NCBI GenBank assembly: GCA_024704765.1
Contig: JAKMXF010000012.1
Location: forward strand, 1 to 64,000
Source of the DNA: Oopsacas minuta
Taxonomy: Eukaryota; Animalia; Porifera
Length of the DNA: 64,000 bases
Direction: 5' to 3'
The notes under the pieces were generated by a model. That model saw nothing but the letters and a program-made list of their open reading frames with translations. It was not told the origin of the DNA and made no database searches. Both the position numbers and the translations under genes were made by a program. This document shows positions 50,401 through 61,300 of the stretch, one piece after another (the first letter of the stretch is position 1; each line of letters opens with the position of its first letter).

Positions 50401-53400
50401 AATATTGAAAGGTGTGATATACTTACATTTCTTATATTACTAAATCTGTAGGATAATTTGAATTACATGGAAAATGTATTAAAATATGATTAACCCTTCG
50501 AAAACTTGTGGAAATATTAATAATTATGAACTTAGGTGAGAAAGATACAATATTCACAGACCAAGTTAATGAATCACCAAACTTCTCCTCTCCCTATAGC
50601 ACCCCTAAGCGATCCAAGAATGGATCTCCTGACAGAGTAATGCAGTCTATCGCTGCTATAGATACACAATTGGAGGTATGGAATGTTGTGTTAATATTTT
50701 AATTGAAAGAATTCGTTCCCATCATGAGTCTTGGTATAAGGTGTCCACGGGTGAAAGAGGTTGGGGACTACTATATGAAAATTGTTACATATTTGTTTGC
50801 TGTTTCGTTGTTAGGCAGAAGAACGTGTTTTGATTGGTTTGGAGAGTCAGTTAGAAATTCCTCTCGATCCTGTTGTTAGGCAAGAGGTGTTATGCAAGAT
50901 ACAACAAACACAGAGCAAAATACAAATATTACAGATAGAATTACAGAATAGAAAAGGTAAACAAACTAATAAACAAGTATCAAGTAAACAAGCCAACAAA
51001 CAAACAAACATGCCAAAAGGCAGTTAATAAACAAACAAACAAATATATTTTTCCTGTAATACCATCTAAAGACATTCCTTCAGCTACCATAGCAACGTCA
51101 CAAGACCCCCGATTAACACGTCTAGAACACAGACAGTACGTCCTTGACGAGATAGTCCAAACAGAGAGAGACTTCTCTAAACACATGTACCTTACATGTA
51201 CATATGTGCTACAAGCTTGTAGGGACGCTAACATATCACAAATGGAGATGAATATATTATTTGGGAATATGGAGGCTATCTCCAAGGTCTCAGAGGTACT
51301 GTTAGTTGGACTACAGGACACTTTAAGGAATGTTATCGAGAAACAAACAATAGGTAAATATGTGTACTTTTGTTGTTGTTGTTCTGGTTTACTGTTTATT
51401 AAATATAGGTTTGTGTTTTCTAATGAATGCCAGAGATTTGAAAGACACCTATGCCAATTACTGCAGAAACCTAGACGAGGCTCTCACCCTATTGGACAAG
51501 GTTGGTTCCTTTCACACCGTTTATATCTCCAACTTTGAATACTTTAAATACCATTATTTACAATCCGTTACTATGCTAGTTTGATGAAGAACATCCTATA
51601 CACGGGGTGTTAGAATATGGCCTCTCTCAAATACGGTCTCATGTCCAATGCTGGGACCTACCCTCTATCCTAATTAAACCAATGCAGCGGATCCTGAAAT
51701 ATCCTCTCCTTTTGGGGGACCTTGTGAAGTATACGGAAGATGACCATCCGGACAAGAAACACCTAATTAGCGCGTCTAAACTAATGGGAGAAGTAGCTAA
51801 TCAGATTAACGAGGTTAAGAGGAGAAAGGATTTAGGTGATTAATCATATTTTCACACCTTTTGACGTATATATTTCAAAATGATACTACCCTGTCTTATT
51901 ATTATTCTTATTATTTGTTTGTTCTATTTTTAGTACTAAAGTATCACGTCAATGAACAGGGCCTCAAAAGCAAGCTTGAAAATATGAACTGGCATTCTGT
52001 TATTAAGAAAACTAGAAGAGTTAATCAAATAATATTAAAATCAGCTGGCATTAACACCTCAGTAAGTTTGTTGTTTTCCTGTTGTTCTTGTTGATTTGTT
52101 GTTGTTTTACTTCAGACAGTAGATGAAGTATTCCAAGCAGAAGAGAGGAGATTCAAAGAACTGGAAAAAACTCTGAAATCAGTTGTTAAAAGTATTACAA
52201 CTCTTGTAACATATATGCAGGTAATATTATACTAAATATCTATAATTCACACCTATTTTGAAGTCATTGAAAATGGGCGCCGAAAAACCCCTAGGTCAGC
52301 TGTTCCCAACATTTTTCACCCTGTGGGCCCCCTATACCAATAGTAACACATTCTGTGGACTCCGGGTTGGGAACAGCTGCCCTAGGGTCTGTAACAAGTG
52401 TTAAAGGGATCACTTGTCCGTAAACAGAACAATACAAAATTGGCCTGATCTTCATGTGACCCAATTCTACCAACATTCCTTATAGGAAGGCCTTGACAAC
52501 AGACTAATAGTATGTGAAGGATTAACTGAGTTATGTAATGGTAAAGATCTACAGTGTGTTACAGCTTATAATAAAGTATACAGACAAACTATATCTGAAC
52601 AGATATTCCCGCAATTAGTAAGTGAGATTAATGTTCACTTCTCAGCTCAAGGAACCGCGATAATCGGTATAACCCATGGAATATTCAATCGACTCACGTT
52701 ATATCGAATACCCGCTCATATCGAAGTGTGAATTGTACAAATATGGTCCCAAATCGTTAAAATGACATATATTCCATTGGTTATATCGGAGTACTTATCA
52801 TGGTCCCTTCAGCTGAGATATAATAGGAGTTTAGTGTATATTACAAACAGAAATGTATATTTTCCATTTATAGTCAGACTCCTTGAACTTAAGAGTCCTC
52901 CAACCTATTCAGAACCTCCTTGGACTGTTCCAAGGTCCCTTACACTTAATTCAGAAGCGAAATGACAAACTTCTGGACTATGACGCTTGTCTTAATAAAG
53001 CTGAGAAGACGCGAGATGTTATGAAGCTTAAAGCTGTATGTTTGATCCTTTTATATGAATTGTAAGATTAGCTATCCAATCAGTTACCTTCTTAGAAGGA
53101 ATATTTAAGCCTACTAAGGCTGTTATTTTATTGGCCAATTGGAATTCTCCTTGGGTGAGTGTTCCGAACAAATCCAGAGACACTCTGACAGGGGACCATT
53201 CGTGCCAACCACGCGGGCGCCAACTACAGGTTCGGTCTGGCTACTCGAGGGCAGGATTTAAAACCCGTGGCAAATCCCCCGTCTGCCCGCTGGAACCACC
53301 ACTAACCAACTGTCTTCAAATATCATTTAATCATATACCCCTTCACATAGATGAAAGATGAGCTACAATTAGCTAAATTGAATTACGACGCCCTTAATCA

Positions 53401-54939
53401 ACAGCTGTTAGATGATATCCCTAAATTCTGTTCAATGGCAGAAGACTATTTACAGAAGTGTCTGTCAGCTCTGATTCACTCAATATCTGGATTCTACACT
53501 AGGATGGAGTTAGCCTTCAAAAAAATAGCAAAACCTCTCGTAAGTGTCTTTCAAGTATTTTACTTTCCATTTGTTCCCCTATACCGATGTGTGTCTCTGT
53601 ATTGGTGACTAATCATATGATACTATTTCTAGCCAAGTGATTTATCAGAAATAGAGAAAGTACATTTAGAGAAGCTACATAGGGCGTGTTGTGCTATGTG
53701 TAATCTACACTTCATTCCTGCTTCCTTCTCCGTTGTTAGGATAAACAGATTACCCGCCAAACCTGATGTTATTGGACCAATCAGACCGGTGAGTTATTTG
53801 TTTATTTCTGCTTGTAAACAACGAGAAATTATATTGTATTTGCTTGCAAGGTGTGAAAATATGAATATACAATGTAACAAACGGGTTATGCTCCCTCCTC
53901 CCCCAGTGGAACAAAATTGGTACAAAATTGGTTCCATAACATATATTATTTATATTATAGCTACGACCAATCGCTGGAGTTGGCCTCAATTCACAACCCC
54001 AAAGGAACATGAACCTCTTCTCAAATTCTAATCTTAGTAGTCCCCAATCAAAAGACTATATAGTCAAGCACCAGTATATATCTACTAATGCTATTGAGCT
54101 TACAGTTAATCCAGGTAAATACTCAGCCTCATAAGGTGTTAGAATGTGAATATAAAATGTAACTGTGCATTCAGTTAACCAATAGAATAGCAGGCTGCAT
54201 ATGTTGGGTAAACCCTCCAATCTGATAGGTGGAGATATTCACACCTTTTCTCAGAGATGAGTCATAATTTTATTAGATATTATAATATATGTGATGAATT
54301 ACACCATTTCACACCTTTTTGCCAAATTTCAAGTTTATAACTCTTACGAATTCCTAAATATATATATTTATTAATTCACACCTAGGCGATATAATAAAAG
54401 TGATAGAGCCCCATGATACAGTGGGAAATACCGAATGGTGGTTCGTGTTGTTAGGCAACCAGACAGGGTATGTACCAGCTAGCTACCTTGCGGAATGTAC
54501 TGAGGATGAGTTAGCTAGGATGGAAGAATTAGAAACTGAACCTAGATACGCTAAAGCTGCGGAGGAATTCTATTTTTCAGAATACCCATTCGAAGCTAGA
54601 GAGAATATTGAAGTTAGTTCTTGTTATTTGTATAGAGGTGTTAGACCAACAAACAAATAAAAAAACAGACAGACAAACAAGTGAATCAACAAACAAATAA
54701 CCAACCAAACAAACGAACAAATAACCAAACAAGCAGACAAATAGACAAACAAACAAACAAACAAATAACGATATTTACATACACATCTCGTCTAGGTGTC
54801 ACTAACAGAAGGTCAAGTTGTATCAGTAATTAGGAGAAATGACATGGAAGGAAATACAGAATGGTGGCTAATAGAAGCAAATGATAAAATTGGATATGTT
54901 CCTTGTTCATATTTAGTTCCAATTGAAGCGAACTGTTAG
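47457..54939 (+). CDS. DNMBP: dynamin-binding protein / Tuba-like RhoGEF (2 N-terminal SH3, DH, BAR, 2 C-terminal SH3), multi-exon
   Basis: First exon encodes two SH3 domains (ends AAAG|GTTAG at ~47810); DH: RQYVLDEIVQTERDF, LIKPMQRILKYPLLL...INEVKRRKDL; BAR: KRNDKLLDYD, LNQQLLDDIPK; C-terminal SH3s with GNTEWW..GYVP. Confidence 0.9.
52297..52379. mobile_element. intact hAT-type MITE (83 bp)
   Basis: 14-bp perfect TIR CAGCTGTTCCCAAC / GTTGGGAACAGCTG with 8-bp target duplication CCCTAGGT / CCCTAGGG (7/8 match). Confidence 0.85.
53140..53312 (-). mobile_element. possible tRNA-derived SINE-like insertion in DNMBP intron
   Basis: GC-richer island; minus strand begins GACAGTTGGTTAGTGG (A-box-like) and has GGGTTTTAAATCC (B-box-like) ~35 nt later; single copy in window. 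Confidence 0.3.
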
Positions 54940-55360
54940 TTCTAGTTCCAATATATATGAGGTGTAATTCTTGCATTTACTTTTGAGATCTTTTAACTGT
55001 CCAGTACATATCTTATTCTTTTATCAGCTTTTAATTAAACTAATATTTTTATATAAATATTTTGACACCTTTCTATGTCACAGGGGACAGGCAGGTCCTC
55101 TGAGAGGAGGACAACGTGGGTCCTTTGGCCTGGACCTCAAAATCAATCAATCAATATATTTGGGGGAGATTTACTCATTTTAGGAAGATAATAAATCTCC
55201 AGGGCCTCTCCATCCAGTCAGAGGCCCTGCATCCAGGAGCATGGATTTGACACCTCCAAAAGACCCCCGGGCGCAAGAGGTCAAATCCTATGCTTGGTTA
55301 TTTATATGAATAAGAGAATATGCTATTTTAATCATCAACAACAACAACAACAACACATTT

Positions 55361-58300
55361 TCACCAAATGAATGGTGATCGTTCTCTAATTAACCTAACA
55401 CCGCTATTAATCCATTCTTCTCTCTTTATCCATACCTCACTGAATATGTCGAGTGATGCCACTATTCTGCCACCTGTCCAGCTTAGTTTTGATATGTCAC
55501 CTTCTCGTGGAGGTGTGAAAATCTCAACTTGTAGCTTTTTTAGAGCAGAAGGCAAAGTTTCCTAAAATGTTCAAAGTAACATACAGTCAGCTCCTGTTAT
55601 ATCTAAGCTCAAGGGACCGTAATAATAATTTCCATGTAATCCGATGGAATATTTGTTACTTTGACGGTTTGGGACCATATTTGTACAATTCACACTTCGA
55701 GATAAGCAGGTATTTCTATATATCCATATTAGATATAACAGGAATTGACTAATATACCTTGAGTCTATTCTGCAGGAAACTTAAACTCTTTGGGAACTGA
55801 AACCCAGCTCCCGTTATAACTATATTCTTATATATTTTCTGTTTATTCTGTTCATTAGAACAGTTTATTGATAAATGTATTGCTTCTTCAATACTCAATA
55901 GTTTTGCTTTAGTATCTGCTCCACCAATAGATTTCGTGTTTAGAAGCTTGGTTATTAGTGGCAGCTGTAGTTCTGTTTCTTGCTCGTCAATATGCGTACC
56001 TACGGTATAAATACGAATATTTTATTTGTCAGTAGACTCTGCCTAATAGAACCACCGGGTAATCAGGTCACTTAGCCAGAAATGACCTATAGCCAGTGGT
56101 TCTCAAACCCCTGAAGACTCATACGAGGTTAGAATTCAAACTTATTTCCTTAAGTACAGCCATCTTAATTCTGATACCATATGACATCCGTTTACAACCT
56201 GAACCATGGAGGACAGCAAGTTGTCCACTGGACCTCAAATATGGGAGGATACACATAATGTGTTATAATTAGTATAGGGGTACACGTGTTGAAACGGTTA
56301 GGAATGTTAGTTTGTAGAAAAGGACAAGTGTGAATATAATAATTTAATAAATAATAAACAAACAAGTAAATAACAACAACAATAATATAATTAATATATA
56401 TTTATTACATTATCACTCAAACTAGCACAAATAATATCAAAGTTATTATTAACAATAATTCCTGTAGGTTTATTACATGTAATATTGTGTATCAGCTGTC
56501 CATCTTTAGTAAATATATTAATTGAATTTCCACAACAATCGCTAATAATAATATTATTATACAAATCAAAACACATATGAATATATCTTTCTCCATTTTC
56601 TAATTTTATGAAACTTTTCAATAAATCACCTGATTTAGAGAATATGTGTATATTATTAATCTCATTATTGTCTGCTACAAATATATTATTATTATTTATT
56701 TTGACGTCACGCGGATTTATAAGTTTGTCTTTTCCTATTTCTCTAATATATTTTAAATCAGAGCTGAATACTGCAATTATATTATTACGATAATCTGCAA
56801 CTAACACTTCTCCATTTGTGTCAGTTGTTAGACCAAAAGGGAAACTAACACCTTTCTTAACACTCTTAATTAATTTATAATTTATTTTAGAGAATTTATA
56901 TATAGCATTAAGTCCCCTATCACTTATAAACACCCATTCCTTATATAATGCTATACCGTATGGATGCCATAGCTCCCCTTTACCAAATTCATGAATGAAC
57001 TTACCCTCTGTAGAGAAGATCTGTATTCTAATATTGATTGTATCTGCTATATAGATCTTATCTCCATCTAGAGCTAGTCCATGAGGGTAATTCAGCTCTC
57101 CTTTCTCACTTCCAGGTTTTCCTATCCTTCTGATTGGCTCAATCTTGTTTCTGTATAGTCCAGCTATTTCCTGAATAGACCCCAACTTCTCCAGCTGTTC
57201 TAGGAGAGAGTCTAGACCCTCAGTATTGAAGGAAAGGATTGGGATAGGTGTTTCTATTTCGTATTTCTTTTGTTCTTTTTTCCAATTCTTTATTTGATCT
57301 TCTTGGAGCTTTACTACTTCATTCTGTTGAATGGTAGTTTCCATTAATTGTCTGATCATCTTCTCCAGGTCTGCTAATTGTTTCTTTCTTGTATTCTCCT
57401 TTCTTAGATGGTCCTGCTTCATATCGAACAGCTGGACAAGCAGCTGATCTTTCCTCTCTGTCGCAATCCGAATAATCTTCTCGAAGGTGGAATTGATCAG
57501 CTGTTCCGTTAGTTCGAAAGGGTTCATAGGAATTTCATCTGAGTATTTGGTGGCCATTTGTTTGTTAGTCTGTTTATGATTATTCTCATTTACAGACTGT
57601 ATTTATACAAATTCATACATTCATTATTCAGGTGTTAAGTGATGAAATAGAAACTTACAACTAATCACATTTCCTTAAACTCTACCACGAGACTATTGTC
57701 TCACAGAATTACGTATGTGTTAGATCAGATGGCTTTCAATATGTAAATTAGTTCCAGTTATAACTAGCCACATTCCTTGTATAGAATTAGTTGCTATGCT
57801 GTATTAGCTAACAGTTCCAATTTGTGTAGAATTTAATAATCTAAGAAGTTTGCATTTTAAGTAATATTTCGTTGTTTATTATTATTTATTCGTATTTGTT
57901 ACTAGTAAACAATCCCTAATTATTCACATATACAATTTCCGGTGGCTATACTTCCTGTGACGTAATATCTGTTTGCTATTACATGTGTTGTCAGCATTTT
58001 TATCGTTTCTTCAATTCTACTTTAATATTCTATAATACTTATTGTTTCAATTCATTCTATAATCTTAAAGAATGGAAATTTCTGTTCGTATTAGCGACGG
58101 TGTATGTATGTCACCAATTTACTCTTTTAGACTCCAATAGAGACTGTCCAAGCCCCAGCCCCAGCGTCACAACCCCCTCTCCCTCCTATACCGACACAGC
58201 AACCAATTGATGACCCAGAGGCTCTGTACGAAGAACCACCAGTAACCCAAGAGTAAGATTAGTTATTTCACACAGTGTAACCTCTATAAACGGAGTCCCA

Positions 58301-61300
58301 GAGACGCCGAAAATGCTACACCGTATGTGGAGGTTACACTATACACATGACTCCTGTTATTATTTCTTAATATATATCATGACAACCATATTGGGATTAG
58401 GAATGTATTTCAAACAATCATTTACAGTATTTCACCTCTCAAATCTGATTGGCTACCTTTTAAGTTGTATGTGAATATTTCGCTTGAAAATTCTAAAGCT
58501 TTATTTGCCATAAGGTGTTAAGTATTTGTGCTACACCTTCACCCACGGAACCCCTGCCACTAAACAACATATTGAATTATTGATCCTCACATCCTGTATT
58601 AATTTGGATCAAGTGTTAAACACTTTGGGTCCTTCATGGCTGCTGAACTAGCCTTTTAGATACCCACCAAACACCTAGATAAAATACGGACCCCAGGGAG
58701 AAGACCACTGCTCTATGGGGGTCCTTGTTCCAATCCCCTAAAAGTAATTTCTCGGATTATACAACTAAATATTAACCTGAAACCAAATCTTTCTTAGTTT
58801 CCAATAGATTCATGTCATCAAGATAATCTTCAGAATGTGGCTGCTGTATTTTATGAGATATACAATTATCACCAGTAACCATGGTAATGAAACTAGGACA
58901 AAAGAATGTTAGTGGCGCTAATATTGGCTCATCATATAGAAATATCCTAAATTGTATTGCATTTGAATCTGGTGGATTCACACGGAATGGATATTCTTTC
59001 ACGCCTGTTAGTTCCATATCCAAGTGGCACATATCTTCTTTCAACTCATCCATCAGACATCTGTCCACACGGTCTGTGATGTCCCAATTCTTGTAAGGAA
59101 AACCTAAATGAATAGTAGTACGATGAATAGCGAATATTTTGGCGAGAGTTCATTTGATTATTATTCTATTGAATTTGATATAGTCAACTCCAGTGATATA
59201 GAAATACCCGCTCCTAAACCGTCAAAGGTAACAAATATTCTATCAGTTATATCGAGTAATTATCACGGTCCCTTGAGCTTCGATATGACAGGAGTTGACT
59301 GTCCAATTAATATTTCAAAATCCTACAACCTGATTGCTTGATGAGCCACCAGAAAGCCCGCGTGACGTCATTCCCTCCATAATTAAGTCTCAATCTAGTG
59401 TTAGGATTTGAAATTCCATCTTCCACACAACACACACTAATAGTCTGATCGCCTACATCTACAATACAACCAGAACTAATACCAGAACTATACATAGCAC
59501 ATACCGAGCTCTGTTGTATAGCAACCGAGCCGAACTTCAATCTGGTTAGTAGTACATCTACCATACTCTTCACTTCTCTGTGAAAAACAGCTGATTAAGC
59601 TAGTAATTTGTCAGCAAAATTCGACGGACAAAATCGTATATTTTCGTTTCTAGTTGGCTGAATATTTTCATATCCTTGGCAGCCAGTTTTTGTCAAATTT
59701 ATGTTACAGAAAGGCCAGAAAATGATTTTTTGGACAATAGTACAAGTTCCTCAAGTCTATGGGACATGTGGAACGATAACCTGATGCACTGGGTGTCTGG
59801 CCATGTTGGAGTATTAGGAATGATCCAATGATGACCCTCTCTAATTATCAATTACAGCCAACTCCCATTATATCAAAGCTCAAGGGACCGTGATAATTAC
59901 TCGATATAACCGAGGAATATATGTTATTTTGACGGTTTGTGACCATATTAGTACAATTCACACCTCAATATAAGCAGGTAATTCAATATATCCATGTTAG
60001 ATATAACAGGAGTTGAAATATAACTCACGTTCTATCAAACAAATCTGGAATTAACAAGAGTACTTTATACTCTCCAAATTCATTTATGCCACATAAATCT
60101 GCCACCACGCGCCCCCAAATATCCTCCAAACTTTGTAACACCATTTCATGTGATTGTGTCGCTGTTACATTAAATCTCCCGCGTTTTATTGGCCAATGTA
60201 TTGAGTATGGCGCCTTTTTTGATAAATGTAGCGCGTCTTCTCCAATATAGAATTTATTCGGCGGATTTATAACTGTTGAAGTTATCTCTGAAGGTTCTGA
60301 TAATTCCGTTGGGGCAATTGTCTCGTTCTTTTCACGTAACCTTTTGTAAACAAACAAGTAAATAAATAAACAATAAACAAACAAACAAACAGTTACCTTT
60401 TAGGTAGTACTGTATTTGTTGTTTTAGTTCTCACTTCTTGTATGAAACTTAACAGCTCTCCTAAATGTTCCTCTCTCCACTCGTTATATTTGTTTATATT
60501 CTCTTCTTCAAGATTATATAGCAATGTTTCGTCGACGGTTTCACCTAAATGAATACAGCAGAGACCGGTTATAAGAACACCCTTAGGAGTAGCAATACAA
60601 GTTCTCATAACCGGTTAAGATTCCGTGTATGACTATCAGCAAATGACTTAGCATCCTGAAAAAATGTTTCGGGAAGAGGACAGTTTTCGAGATATGATTA
60701 TGCTAAGTGGTTGTGTCACTTCCAATTGCAACAAGGTACCTCAGAATGTTCTCCTCCCGAAAATAATGTCTCAGGACGCTACGTCATGGATAGAGTAGAG
60801 TACCTATTGCCTCATAAGTTGGAAATTATTAATAATTCTACACACATGTCTATACATACAAATCTAATAGGAATAATACAATCTATACGCGAGATTCTGA
60901 TTGGCTCTTGAGATGAAGCGGGCAATTTAATAAGAATATGCATACGCGTGATTTTCTATATAATAGAGAATTTGTGTGAAGTTTAATATTTGTAATTCTA
61001 TCTTTTGTATTCTTACATTGTGACCCTTATAGGGTACAGATTTTTGTTAATAATACATGGTAGGATTTGGTCACTGGCGTCGTGTGGTTTGTAATACCAG
61101 TAGTATAGTATGGTGTCTGAAAGCATCCAGTGAAACTCCTGGTAGATGAAAAATTTGATTTGCAATTGGCACAGAAATTTCATATATGGAGAATACTTTT
61201 GGGAGCTAGCCCCCCCCCCCCCACTTGCCGTATGGCACGACGCCACTGTTGTATTCAGAAGCTTCAGAAACCTGGGTTAATGGACCCTTGGTGGTCCACA

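Larger units (their letters stand above)
56107..58535 (+). repeat. segmental duplicate of cortactin locus ~44088-46400 (exon fragments + intron + NHL gene) inside ACTR8 intron
   Basis: Direct sequence match on both sides of the NHL ORF; left 280-bp flank differs by about 7 substitutions and one 3-bp indel; ~140-bp interruption at 58371-58510. Confidence 0.92.

Noticed and set aside
2958-57557. Diversity-generating retroelement as the source of NHL hypervariability
   Set aside because: No reverse transcriptase or template repeat in the window, and variable codons include non-adenine changes (TCC/TGG/CAC/TAC).
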